Shown: positions 49,934 through 59,583 of the stretch, one piece after another
Position numbering within the stretch: the stretch's first letter is position 1
How the letters are laid out: every line of letters starts with the position of its first letter
DNA from: Clostridia bacterium
Lineage (GTDB): Bacteria; Bacillota; Clostridia; RGIG6154
Reading direction: 5' to 3'
DNA length: 64,000 nucleotides
Assembly: GCA_045589295.1 (NCBI GenBank)
Contig: JAZNOU010000005.1
Coordinates: 32,001 to 96,000, forward strand
The notes under the pieces: model-generated
The model's input: the letters and a program-made list of their open reading frames with translations, nothing else
Told to the model about the DNA's origin: nothing
Databases searched by the model: none
Made by a program: the position numbers and the translations under genes

Positions 49934-52042
49934 ATGATATATATAGAAACAAAACAACAGCTAGTTTATGATTTTATAAATGATAAAGATTACGTTCCCA
50001 TGAAATTTAATGATATAGCAGCAATTCTATCTGTTCCTGATGATGATAAATATATCTTAAGCAAAATTTTAGACACCTTAGTCTATGAAGGAGAAATTAT
50101 AAAGGAACGTGATGGGAAATATAAAAGTGCTTCAAAAGAAGGTCTTATCACTGGCATTTTCTCAGGTTCAAAAAAAGGTTTTGGCTTTTTAAGACCACAT
50201 GCAAAAGATACCGCGGATATTTTTATTTCGAATGAAAACTCAAATTATGCTATGAACGGTGACGAAGTTTTGGTCAAAATAACCAAAATTGCCGAGGGTA
50301 CTAACAGCGCTGAGGGCAAAGTTGTTAAAATAATTAAACGTGCAAACAACACATTAGTCGGCACAGTTCATGTTAATAAAAATATTGTTTTTGTCATTCC
50401 TGATGACAAAAAAATAGGTTCTGATGTTTTTATATCAAATAAAAACAACAAAAAGTATAAAAAAGGACAAAAGGTTGTTGTAAAAATCACAAAATGGCCT
50501 GACAAAATAAAAGGTGCAGCAGGTGAAATCATCGAGGTTTTAGGATATGCCGATGAAATAGGTGTTGACGTAATGTCAGTGATTAGAAATCATCACATTA
50601 AAGACTTTTTTGACAAAAAAACACTGGAACAGGCTGACCATCTTAAAGTTACCGACAACGATTTTTATGACCGCACAGACCTTACGGATATGCTTACAAT
50701 TACCATTGACGGCGCAGATGCAAAAGATTTGGATGATGCAGTAAGTCTTGAAATTAAAGATGGTTTTTATAAATTGGGTGTTCACATTGCTGACGTAAGC
50801 CACTTTGTAACAGAAAACTCACCTATTGACAAAGAGGCCTTAAAACGTGGTACAAGCGTGTATTTCGCAGACCGCGTTATACCTATGCTTCCTGTTAAAC
50901 TTTCAAACGGGCTTTGCTCATTAAACCCGAATGAAAAAAAACTTACACTCTCAGTCATTATGACAATAGATAAAAGTGGTAATGTGGTAAGCTATGATAT
51001 TTTAAAAAGCTTTATTTTATCCGATTACCGTATGACTTACAGTGATGTTACCAAAATTTTAGACGGAGATAAAAAACTTTGCAAAGCATACGAACCGATT
51101 GTTCCTATGCTTAAAAATATGGATGAGCTAAGGGAAATTCTCCACTCAAAAAGACTTAACCGAGGCAGTGTTAACTTTGATTTTCCTGAAGCGAAAATTA
51201 TTTTTGACGAAAACGGATTTGTAACAGACATTGTAAAACGTGAATTTACAAATGCCAATTCGATAATTGAAGAATTTATGCTCATTTGTAATGAAACAGT
51301 AGCGGAACATATGTTTTGGGCAGAGCTTCCATCTGTATACAGGGTGCACGAAACGCCCGATGCCGCTAAAATCGAAAATTTTAAAAAAATGCTGTCAGTG
51401 TTGGGATACGCGATGAAAAATTCACAAAAACTTCATTCATCGGAATTCAATAAAATTCTTGCACAAATCGAAGGAAAACCTGAAGAAAGAATTTTAAGCA
51501 CGCTTATGCTTCGTTCTTTTATGAAAGCAAGATACAGTCCCGAAAATTTAGGGCATTTTGGTCTTGCATCGAAATATTACTGTCACTTTACCTCTCCCAT
51601 CAGACGTTATCCTGATTTGGTAGTACACAGAATATTAAAAGAAAGCTTAAATGGTCAGCTTAGTGAAAAACGTACAAATTTCCTTTGTGCATTTACCGAA
51701 AAAGCCTCAAATATGTCATCAGATGCAGAAATCACTGCAATGGAAGCTGAGCGTGAAGTTGAGGATATTAAGAAAGCTGAATATATGAAAAACTTCATTG
51801 GAGAAGACTTTGAAGGAAATATTTCATCCGTTACAAACTTTGGTATTTTTGTGGAGCTTGACAACACTGTTGAAGGTCTTGTAAGATATGCTGACATCCC
51901 CGGGGATTATTTTGAATTTGATCCTGAAACCTTATCCGCTTACGGAAGAAATTCAGGTAAAACTTATAAAATCGGTCAAAAGGTATCCATTTGCGTTATA
52001 GCTTCCAACCCGCTTACAGGCGAAATCGACTTTATGTTTTAA
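49934..52042 (+). CDS. rnr: ribonuclease R
   Basis: TIDGADAKDLDDA, VHIADV, IEEFML, HFTSPIRRYPDL, S1 domain. Confidence 0.97.
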   Translation: MIYIETKQQLVYDFINDKDYVPMKFNDIAAILSVPDDDKYILSKILDTLVYEGEIIKERDGKYKSASKEGLITGIFSGSKKGFGFLRPHAKDTADIFISNENSNYAMNGDEVLVKITKIAEGTNSAEGKVVKIIKRANNTLVGTVHVNKNIVFVIPDDKKIGSDVFISNKNNKKYKKGQKVVVKITKWPDKIKGAAGEIIEVLGYADEIGVDVMSVIRNHHIKDFFDKKTLEQADHLKVTDNDFYDRTDLTDMLTITIDGADAKDLDDAVSLEIKDGFYKLGVHIADVSHFVTENSPIDKEALKRGTSVYFADRVIPMLPVKLSNGLCSLNPNEKKLTLSVIMTIDKSGNVVSYDILKSFILSDYRMTYSDVTKILDGDKKLCKAYEPIVPMLKNMDELREILHSKRLNRGSVNFDFPEAKIIFDENGFVTDIVKREFTNANSIIEEFMLICNETVAEHMFWAELPSVYRVHETPDAAKIENFKKMLSVLGYAMKNSQKLHSSEFNKILAQIEGKPEERILSTLMLRSFMKARYSPENLGHFGLASKYYCHFTSPIRRYPDLVVHRILKESLNGQLSEKRTNFLCAFTEKASNMSSDAEITAMEAEREVEDIKKAEYMKNFIGEDFEGNISSVTNFGIFVELDNTVEGLVRYADIPGDYFEFDPETLSAYGRNSGKTYKIGQKVSICVIASNPLTGEIDFMF

Positions 52043-52059
52043 ATTTTTTTAAAAAATAA

Positions 52060-52086
52060 AAAGGAAATTAGATTTTCTTGAAGAAT
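52060..52086 (+). promoter_or_regulatory. sigma-H promoter of hpf
   Basis: AAAGGAAAT-N11-GAAGAAT matches RNAGGAWWW-N11/12-RNNGAAT. Confidence 0.7.
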
Positions 52087-52151
52087 ATATACAGTGAAAA
52101 CACCAAGATGGTGCTTACAATATAAGGTAAACTTTTTTAGGGGTGATTCCA

Positions 52152-52184
52152 ATGGTTATTGAAGAGAGTTCTAAAACCAAGTAG
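52152..52184 (+). other. candidate 10-codon leader ORF (MVIEESSKTK) in the hpf 5' leader
   Basis: AGGGGTGA SD 5 nt before the ATG; stop codon lies at the base of a hairpin. Confidence 0.4.
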
Positions 52185-52271
52185 GTTTGTGACTGCTAAT
52201 CCGTCATGCAACCTGCAATAAACTTTGCATTTATGCCTTAATCCAAAGGACATGCATGAGAGGAGTTTACC

Positions 52272-52796
52272 ATGAAGATTAAAGTTGTTGAAAGAAAAGT
52301 AACTATTAATGACAGTACAAGAGAAAAACTGGAAAGTAAGCTTTTGAAATTTGATAAGCTTCTGGGTGAGTCGGCAGAAGCTGTAGCGACCTTTAACACT
52401 CAAAAGGACAAGATTTTTCTTGAAATTTCAATTCGCTCCGATGATATGATAATAAGAGCAGAAAGCTCAGACCCTGATGCAAAAATTGCCATTGATAAAA
52501 TAATAGATGTTCTTGAGGGGCAATTCAGAAAGTACAAGACAAAACTTGCAAGAAAAATTAAGACATTTACTCCGGATGTGTATTTTGCTGACGCACCGGT
52601 AGCAGAAGAAGAAACTGAGTTTAAGGTAGTTAAATCTAAAAAGTTCTTCATGAAACCCATGAGCGTGGACGAGGCAATTCTGCAAATGAATTTGTTAGGT
52701 CATGAATTCTTTGTATTTACTAACGGCGAAACCGAAAAGGTAAACATTGTGTATAAAAGAAAAGACTTAAACTATGGTCTTATAGAAACAGATTAA
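52272..52796 (+). CDS. hpf: long-type ribosome hibernation promoting factor (RaiA/HPF)
   Basis: QFRKYKTKL, KPMSVDEAILQMNLLGHEFFVF, YKRKD.NYGLIE. Confidence 0.95.
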   Translation: MKIKVVERKVTINDSTREKLESKLLKFDKLLGESAEAVATFNTQKDKIFLEISIRSDDMIIRAESSDPDAKIAIDKIIDVLEGQFRKYKTKLARKIKTFTPDVYFADAPVAEEETEFKVVKSKKFFMKPMSVDEAILQMNLLGHEFFVFTNGETEKVNIVYKRKDLNYGLIETD

Positions 52797-52813
52797 TACA
52801 ATTTAATAAATTT

Positions 52814-52843
52814 AAAGCATCGTTAAAAACGATGCTTTTTTTT
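52814..52843 (+). terminator. intrinsic terminator of hpf
   Basis: AAAGCATCGTT-AAA-AACGATGCTTTTTTTT. Confidence 0.85.
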
Positions 52844-52944
52844 GAAAAATTTTGCAAGGTTTTTTTAAGCTTAAGTGCACCTTATTTACAGTATATAAAT
52901 TTTTTAAAATCAAAAATTAATATTGTAAATTTCAAAAAATCGAG

Positions 52945-53997
52945 GTGTTATTATTGAAAAATGCAAAAAAAGGACTTTTTTCTTTATTACTTATAATTAT
53001 ATTTTTCGCTTATGGGTTTGTTACTTTTGCTACTGCAGACGTTTCAACAAAAAACAAAACATACTCTCCTAAAATGCTTATCCCGGGCGGAAATGTTATA
53101 GGAGTAAAGTTCTACATCGATGGTGTTCATATCTTAAGTTTGGAAGATATAAAAACGCCTTCAGGCAAAAAAAATCCTGCCAAAGACGCGGGACTTAAAA
53201 GCGGTGACTATATTATAAAAGTAAATTCTGCCCCGGTATTTACAAATGAAGATTTAAGTAGTGCTCTTCAAATGTCAAAAACCTCAGAGCTAACCATTAT
53301 AAGAAACGGATATGAATTTAAAACTAATATTACACCTGTTACAGAACAAGACGGTAGCAAGAGAATAGGCATATGGGTCCGTGATAGTACCGCAGGAATA
53401 GGAACAGTAACTTTTTATGACCCTGAAAGACATATTTTTGGTGCGCTTGGTCACGCAATAAGCGACCAGGACACAAAAAAAGTTTTATCAATGAAAAACG
53501 CAAGCGCTTATAACGCAAAAATAACTACAATAAGAAAAGGTGAAAAAGGTGAACCCGGCGAGCTTGGTGGTGTGTTTTTAGGAAATGACAGATATCTTGG
53601 CGAACTTTTTATAAACTCGTCATCAGGAATTTTTGGCACATATACCTCATCAAAGGTAAATCACACCCCTGTTCCTGTTGCAAAACACGATGAAATAACC
53701 GAAGGCAAAGCAACCATTTACTGCAGTCTTGAAAACGAAGAAGTTAAAGAATATGAAATTGAAATTTCCAAAATTATAAAAAGCAGTCTTTACACCTCAA
53801 AAGGTATGATTATAAAAATAACAGACCCTGCTCTTTTGCAAAAAACTGATGGCATTGTGCAAGGAATGAGCGGTTCACCAATATTACAAAATGGTAAGCT
53901 TGTAGGTGCAATTACACACGTTTTCGTAAATGACCCAACCCGTGGGTATGGAATATTTATTGAAAATATGCTTAACGAAACAGAGCGTTTTAAATAA
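52945..53997 (+). CDS. spoIVB: SpoIVB peptidase S55
   Basis: LIPGG..IGVK, PDZ domain, WVRDSTAGIGT, GALGH, GIVQGMSGSP. Confidence 0.95.
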   Translation: MLLLKNAKKGLFSLLLIIIFFAYGFVTFATADVSTKNKTYSPKMLIPGGNVIGVKFYIDGVHILSLEDIKTPSGKKNPAKDAGLKSGDYIIKVNSAPVFTNEDLSSALQMSKTSELTIIRNGYEFKTNITPVTEQDGSKRIGIWVRDSTAGIGTVTFYDPERHIFGALGHAISDQDTKKVLSMKNASAYNAKITTIRKGEKGEPGELGGVFLGNDRYLGELFINSSSGIFGTYTSSKVNHTPVPVAKHDEITEGKATIYCSLENEEVKEYEIEISKIIKSSLYTSKGMIIKITDPALLQKTDGIVQGMSGSPILQNGKLVGAITHVFVNDPTRGYGIFIENMLNETERFK

Positions 53998-54191
53998 ATA
54001 TATACTATATATTATAACAATAACGCACTCTTTTATAGGGTGCGTTTGCTGTATTTATAAGCATTTTTATGTCACTAAAAACTGCTATAAAAAATATTTT
54101 GAAAAAATTTTAAGAAAAGGCTTGAATTTTTTACCATTTTTTGGTATAATTTGAATATACCAAAAATTACCAATAAAGGATGGGGTTAAAA

Positions 54192-54947
54192 ATGTCAAAA
54201 ATAAGAGTATTAATTGCAGAAGACAACAAAGAATATGCTTTAACTTTAAAGGCACATTTCGACAAGGTAGAAGATGTTATGGTAGTAGGTGTTGCAGCAG
54301 ATGGGCTTGAAGCTGTTGAATACATTAAGAATACAAGTCCCGATGTTGTAATTTTAGACCTGGTAATGCCAAAATTAGACGGCATTGGTGTTATGGAAAA
54401 GAAGTACCCCAAAACACCCGAATACATTATTATTTCTGCAGCTGCTCAAGATAAAATAATTGCAAAAGCAATTGACGCGGGTGCAAGTTACTATATGTTA
54501 AAACCGGTTGAACACGAAATAATTGTAGACAGAATAAGAGGATTGTTTAAAAAGAGCAAGACACAAGATGGATTTACTCAAAAATCACCTGTGTTTGATA
54601 TAGAAACAAAAGTTACTTCGGTAATTCACGAAGTTGGTGTTCCTGCACATATTAAGGGTTATCAATATTTAAGAGAAGCCATTATGATGACAATTGACAA
54701 TATGGACGTCATAAACTCAATAACAAAACTTTTGTACCCTACCGTTGCTAAAAAATATTCAACTACCGCATCACGTGTAGAACGTGCCATCCGACACGCT
54801 ATTGAAGTGGCATGGGACAGAGGTGACACAGATGTTTTAAATGGAATATTTGGCTACACTATTGCAAGCGGTAAAGGTAAACCTACAAATTCTGAATTTA
54901 TTGCAATGATTGCAGACCGTCTAAGACTTCAGCTAAAAGCTAGCTAA
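54192..54947 (+). CDS. spo0A: sporulation master regulator Spo0A
   Basis: receiver [10 protein letters not shown]; [34 protein letters not shown]; TTGAAT-N17-TATAAT promoter at 54122-54150. Confidence 0.98.
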   Translation: MSKIRVLIAEDNKEYALTLKAHFDKVEDVMVVGVAADGLEAVEYIKNTSPDVVILDLVMPKLDGIGVMEKKYPKTPEYIIISAAAQDKIIAKAIDAGASYYMLKPVEHEIIVDRIRGLFKKSKTQDGFTQKSPVFDIETKVTSVIHEVGVPAHIKGYQYLREAIMMTIDNMDVINSITKLLYPTVAKKYSTTASRVERAIRHAIEVAWDRGDTDVLNGIFGYTIASGKGKPTNSEFIAMIADRLRLQLKAS

Positions 54948-54948
54948 A

Positions 54949-54981
54949 AAAAAACAGGTGGATAAAATCCACCTGTTTTTT
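54949..54981. terminator. bidirectional terminator
   Basis: AAAAAACAGGTGGAT-AAA-ATCCACCTGTTTTTT. Confidence 0.85.
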
Positions 54982-55714
54982 AATATGTGACATCAATGAG
55001 TGTAAGTCCGTGCGGAGGCATTGTATAACCCGCACCTTGCCTGTCTTTTTTTTCAAATATCTCAGGTATTATTTCAGCCTTAAGCTTTCCCATCCCTACT
55101 TCCACTATCGTACCTACAATAATTCTTACCATATTATGCAAAAATCCGTTTCCGCATATTTTTATACTAATAACGTCGGTTCTTTCTATCTTAATATCAT
55201 ATATTTCTCTTACAGTTGATTTTTTATACCTTTTATTTGAACAAAACGATAAAAAGTCGTGTTTTCCTAAAAAATATTCAGCCGCTTTAGCCATTTCATT
55301 CAAATCAAGTTTTTCTTCAATATAGGCACAGTATTTACTTTCAAAAACAGGCGCTTTTTCCACATTTGCAATTTTATATTCATATGTTTTGGTTTTTGCA
55401 TTCAATCTTGCATGAAAACGTTCATTTTCAAAGCTTATAGAATTTACCTTTATATCAAGCGGAAGGTATTTGTTAAGATAATTCTTTATTTTATCACAAG
55501 GCAATTTTTCATCAAGTTTAAAACTTGCAACCTGCGCCCTTGCATGAACACCCTTATCTGTTCTGCCTGAGCCTGAAACTTCAACTGTCTTGTTTGCAAG
55601 CTGAGTTAAAATATTTTCAACTTTTCCCTGAATTGTATTTTTCGTATTCCCCTGCTTTTGCCATCCGTCATATTTTGTGCCAACATACTCTAAAACCATT
55701 TTATAATTCTGCAA
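54980..55714 (-). CDS. truA: tRNA pseudouridine(38-40) synthase
   Basis: GWQKQ, GRTDKGVHA, FHAR, GFLHNMVRI. Confidence 0.95.
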   Translation of the reverse strand: MQNYKMVLEYVGTKYDGWQKQGNTKNTIQGKVENILTQLANKTVEVSGSGRTDKGVHARAQVASFKLDEKLPCDKIKNYLNKYLPLDIKVNSISFENERFHARLNAKTKTYEYKIANVEKAPVFESKYCAYIEEKLDLNEMAKAAEYFLGKHDFLSFCSNKRYKKSTVREIYDIKIERTDVISIKICGNGFLHNMVRIIVGTIVEVGMGKLKAEIIPEIFEKKDRQGAGYTMPPHGLTLIDVTY

Positions 55715-56018
55715 GTTTCTTACCTCTGTAAAGTTCTACATACATCTCCTGTTTTACGCCTGCTTTATACAGTTCCATATTTTTGCATCTTACAATGTCA
55801 ATATTTTGTTCAATCAGCATCATAATTGCCAAAAAAGTATCCCATTTAAGCGGCATAGTCTGTCTTTCGATTGAAGATATTGTTTGTCTTTTTTTTCCAA
55901 GTCGTTCTCCGAGTGCAGTTTGCGATAACTTAAGCTGTTTTCTGATAGATGGCAAATCTTTTACCATACTTTCAACCAGCTTTTTTCTGTTATCATTTAA
56001 TGATAATTCAATACTCAA
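55701..56018 (-). CDS. XRE-family HTH protein
   Basis: IRKQLKLSQTALGERLGKKRQTISSIE. Confidence 0.85.
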   Translation of the reverse strand: MSIELSLNDNRKKLVESMVKDLPSIRKQLKLSQTALGERLGKKRQTISSIERQTMPLKWDTFLAIMMLIEQNIDIVRCKNMELYKAGVKQEMYVELYRGKKLAEL

Positions 56019-56094
56019 AATTCACCCTTCTTTACAACATATATCATTTTCATTTTATCATTTTATATCCCCTTTGTCAAATAAAAAACATCGC

Positions 56095-56694
56095 TTAAAA
56101 AGCGATGTTTAAGTTCAATCTTTCAGGATTATTAAACATATTTTCATATGCACATACAACAAGATGCAAATTCTCTAAAACAGTATACTCCTTAAAATGC
56201 AACCCTTGTGAGTTTTCTTCAGTGCAATAAGTATTTCCTATAAGTTTAAAACTACTTTCTTTTCTGCACCACACTTTAAAAAATTCATCCTCTGGATTTT
56301 TAGAGCTAAAAACTTTTTGTTGTTCTTTTGGTAAAAAAAACCTTTTGGTGACCTTTAAATTAGCATTTTGTTTAAGCTGGATATCGCAACCTGATGGTAT
56401 TTTCCCAAACGAACAAGCAGCATATCCTTTTGAGTGAGAAATGCTGAAATGAAAATCGCAGTCATTAACATAAGGCTTACCGTCTTTGGTATAACAAACA
56501 CTGTCTGCATCAACACCAAATCTTTTTGCCGCCTCATTCAAAAGAAGTGCACCGCCAAGAGAATTAACCCGTGCATCAAAATCTTTCATAGCAAGAATTC
56601 TTTCCTGTCTTTTGGGTGAAAGCTTTTTTAAAAATTCGTCAAAGTTATTATAAACGGGATTCAGAGAAGCATAAAGTGTACTTATTTTATTCAC
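56095..56694 (-). CDS. Sfp-type 4'-phosphopantetheinyl transferase
   Basis: GKPY, FSISHS, GCDIQ, WCRKES; probable GTG start overlapping the ytfJ stop. Confidence 0.85.
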   Translation of the reverse strand: MNKISTLYASLNPVYNNFDEFLKKLSPKRQERILAMKDFDARVNSLGGALLLNEAAKRFGVDADSVCYTKDGKPYVNDCDFHFSISHSKGYAACSFGKIPSGCDIQLKQNANLKVTKRFFLPKEQQKVFSSKNPEDEFFKVWCRKESSFKLIGNTYCTEENSQGLHFKEYTVLENLHLVVCAYENMFNNPERLNLNIAF

Positions 56695-57070
56695 TTTTTT
56701 CTGATTTTTTTGAGAAAAAGTCACAAACTTTATTTACCGCAACAGGAATATAGTCAACTAATTTTGAAGCTGCATTATCCCCATCCATAGGAAGAAGTTT
56801 TACATTGTCATTAGTTGCAACTAAGAATGCTACGGGAGTAATAGTAACACCCGCACCAACACCACCTGCAAACGGGTTTGCTTTTTCTGCAAACTTACCT
56901 GAATATTCTCCACCACCTGCTGCAAGTCCAAAACTTACCTTTGAAATCGGAATAATCACACTTCCGTCATTTGCAGTAACAGGATTTCCCACAATAGTAT
57001 CAACATCCACCATGGTTTTTAAATTTTCCATCGCTGTGCTCATAATTCCGTTAATTGGATGGTCTGACAT
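56687..57070 (-). CDS. ytfJ: GerW/YtfJ sporulation protein
   Basis: VDVDTIVG.P, IIPISKVSFG..AGGGE, ITPVAFLV. Confidence 0.93.
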   Translation of the reverse strand: MSDHPINGIMSTAMENLKTMVDVDTIVGNPVTANDGSVIIPISKVSFGLAAGGGEYSGKFAEKANPFAGGVGAGVTITPVAFLVATNDNVKLLPMDGDNAASKLVDYIPVAVNKVCDFFSKKSEKSE

Positions 57071-57073
57071 AAA

Positions 57074-57652
57074 TTACACTTCCTTTTTTTCATGAATTAG
57101 TTTTAACAATCTATTAAATACAGGGATAAAAAACATCACCCGTATAACAAGTACTATTTTTGCTTCAAATTCCTGAACATTATTGTCAAAATCAGGAACA
57201 ATGTCAAGTTTTTGATTTTCAATCTTAAAATAGTTTCTAAGATATGCGGCAAAGCCGTTTACAACACCATAAACCACACCAGAATATATGCCTGTAATGG
57301 CGGCATCCGAAAGCCCAAATCGATACTTAACCTCTATATTTTCAATTATAGCATATTTTTTTGCTTTTTCAACAATAAGTTTTATAATTTGCTTTAAAAT
57401 ATCAAAATTCTTTTTAAGTTTTTCTAAAAACGTGCTTTCATCATTTGGTTTTTGTTCTTCTTGTTGCACATTTTGCTGTTGTTTTTTGGATTTTCTTTCA
57501 CGTTTTTTCTCAGAGTCGTATACCTTAAACCCATATGCATAAACCCTTAAAATTGATTCACCCTTATATTTAAAAACAACTTTGAGCGGAAAAAGCAAGG
57601 TTAACAACGCAATTAGTGCTATTATACCCAGAATAATCAAAATAATTTTCAT
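57074..57652 (-). CDS. DUF2953 (YtfI-like) protein
   Basis: N-terminal TM helix, G..DAAITGI..G, PDF; upstream of ytfJ. Confidence 0.85.
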   Translation of the reverse strand: MKIILIILGIIALIALLTLLFPLKVVFKYKGESILRVYAYGFKVYDSEKKRERKSKKQQQNVQQEEQKPNDESTFLEKLKKNFDILKQIIKLIVEKAKKYAIIENIEVKYRFGLSDAAITGIYSGVVYGVVNGFAAYLRNYFKIENQKLDIVPDFDNNVQEFEAKIVLVIRVMFFIPVFNRLLKLIHEKKEV

Positions 57653-57653
57653 A

Positions 57654-58223
57654 TCAATCCTCGTTATCAGATTCTTCTAAATCGTCAATAGTAAGCTGAA
57701 TTGCCTCCAGATCAGGAATATCAGCTAAATTTTTAAGCCCGAAAATTTTTAAAAATTCCTTTGTTGTTCCGTAAAGGATAGGTCTTCCCGGGGCATCAAG
57801 CCTTCCAACCTCTTCTACAATCTCTTTGTTTATAAGCTTTTCTAACGGTCCAAAACTGTCGACGCCTCTGATTTTATCAATAGTTGACCTTGTAACAGGC
57901 TGATTGTATGCAATAATTGACAAAACTTCCAACGCTGCATTTGAAAGATTATTAGGCTTTTTACTTCCTGCAAATATTTCTAAGTACTCTTTATATTCAG
58001 GTCTTGTGGCAAGCTGAAAATTATCTCCAAATCTTAAAATTTTAAGCCCACGCGATTCGTAATTATATCGGTCTGAAAAATTGACAATAATTTTCTCAAT
58101 TTCGCTCTCAGGCATATCAAACACTTCGGCAAACCTTTTTATTTCAACACTTTCACCCGAAATAAAAAGTATTGCCTCAACGGCATTTTCTATTGTTTTA
58201 ATATCCATTTTACTCACCTGCAC
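57654..58223 (-). CDS. scpB: SMC complex subunit ScpB
   Basis: EAILF, ALEVLSIIAYNQPVTR, PGRPILYGTT. Confidence 0.96.
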   Translation of the reverse strand: MQVSKMDIKTIENAVEAILFISGESVEIKRFAEVFDMPESEIEKIIVNFSDRYNYESRGLKILRFGDNFQLATRPEYKEYLEIFAGSKKPNNLSNAALEVLSIIAYNQPVTRSTIDKIRGVDSFGPLEKLINKEIVEEVGRLDAPGRPILYGTTKEFLKIFGLKNLADIPDLEAIQLTIDDLEESDNED

Positions 58224-58935
58224 CGCTTAAAATTATCTGATTATCTACTGTTTCAAATCCTACCTCGTTATTTCTCACCAGTTCTAAAACAGCAAGGAAT
58301 ATTGCTACAATTTCGCTTCTTGATTCAACCTCGATAAATAAATCATCAAATGAAACCTGCCCTCTTATTTTCAAAACCTTGCTCACTGACTGCATTTTAG
58401 ATTTTACCGAAACAGGCTCTCTGCCAACCATTCCCGAAAAGAGCATTTTTGATGGCGGAAGCTTGTCCTCAAACCGCTTCATTACACGTTCAAATGCTTT
58501 TGTTAAAACATCTATCTCAAGATTTGGGTTTACATTGATTTTAAATTCGTCGGTATTAACTGCATTTTTAAAATACAAAAAGTCGCATATATTTTTTCTG
58601 TCCGAAAAAAAGTGCGAAACCTCTTTATACTTTTTATACTCAACAAGATTTTGAATAAGTTCTTGTCTTGGGTCTTCCTCTTCTTCGCTTTCAAGTTCTT
58701 CGTGCTTTGGAAGAAGCATTTTTGACTTTATATACAAAAGACGTGCCGCCATTACAAGAAACTCGCTTGAAATTTCAAGATCGTGTTTCTCCATTTCTTC
58801 CAAATGCTTTAAATACTGCTCTGTAATAAGACTTATTGGAATATCGTAAATATTAACTTTATTTTTCTGTATCAAAAACAGCAACAGGTCCAACGGCCCT
58901 TCAAAAATCTCCAGTTTAAAAGAAAGCTCTGACAA
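58210..58935 (-). CDS. scpA: kleisin ScpA
   Basis: FEGPLDLLL.LI, IKSKMLLP, EDPR.EL, FLAVLEL. Confidence 0.96.
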   Translation of the reverse strand: MSELSFKLEIFEGPLDLLLFLIQKNKVNIYDIPISLITEQYLKHLEEMEKHDLEISSEFLVMAARLLYIKSKMLLPKHEELESEEEEDPRQELIQNLVEYKKYKEVSHFFSDRKNICDFLYFKNAVNTDEFKINVNPNLEIDVLTKAFERVMKRFEDKLPPSKMLFSGMVGREPVSVKSKMQSVSKVLKIRGQVSFDDLFIEVESRSEIVAIFLAVLELVRNNEVGFETVDNQIILSGAGE

Positions 58936-59583
58936 TTAAAACACTCCCAAGATAAACTCAATTACACAACTGTATCCTAAAATCAAAAGTTGCTGAAAAT
59001 AAACAAGAAAAGATGAAAAAATACTATTAAGCGGACGTATCGCAAAGATTAAAAGTAATACCAAAGATCCGTATCTTTCAAAACTTAAATACCTGTATTT
59101 TGCCCCGCCTTTTAAAAATTCACCTATTATTTTTGAACCATCAAGCGGTGGAATTGGTATAAGATTAAAAACTCCAAGACCAATATTCAAATATACAAGC
59201 GTTATCAAAAATGTAGCTAAAATCTGTGTTGGGTAGTTAGTTATCACCAGCACCGACACCAAAAACATTGAAACAAATGCCAAAACAAAATTTGAAACAG
59301 GTCCTGCCAAACTAACAATTATTATCCCGCTTTTACGATTTCTAAAATTATATTGATTAACAGGAACCGGCTTTGCCCAGCCAAATTTAAAAAACACAAG
59401 GCAAAAAGCTCCAATCCAGTCGATATGCTTTAAGGGATTTAGCGAAAGTCTACCGTAAATTTTTGCGGTATCATCGCCACACTTATATGCTGCAAACCCA
59501 TGTGAAACTTCGTGCACGGTAATAGATATAATTGCCGCAACCACAGTTATTAAAATGTCTAAAACTCTCAAAATTATGTCCAT
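58936..59583 (-). CDS. site-2 protease (M50) family protein
   Basis: HEVSH, FGWAKPVP, AGP, FNLIPIPPLDG. Confidence 0.93.
   Translation of the reverse strand: MDIILRVLDILITVVAAIISITVHEVSHGFAAYKCGDDTAKIYGRLSLNPLKHIDWIGAFCLVFFKFGWAKPVPVNQYNFRNRKSGIIIVSLAGPVSNFVLAFVSMFLVSVLVITNYPTQILATFLITLVYLNIGLGVFNLIPIPPLDGSKIIGEFLKGGAKYRYLSFERYGSLVLLLIFAIRPLNSIFSSFLVYFQQLLILGYSCVIEFILGVF

Noticed and set aside
52095-52270. 6S RNA or canonical raiA-motif RNA
   Set aside because: No long closing stem with a central bubble and no recognisable raiA-motif conserved strings; kept only as a candidate new leader
57654-57710. Clamp-binding-like QLTID at the ScpB C-terminus
   Set aside because: Poor match to QL[S/D]LF, in a low-complexity acidic tail
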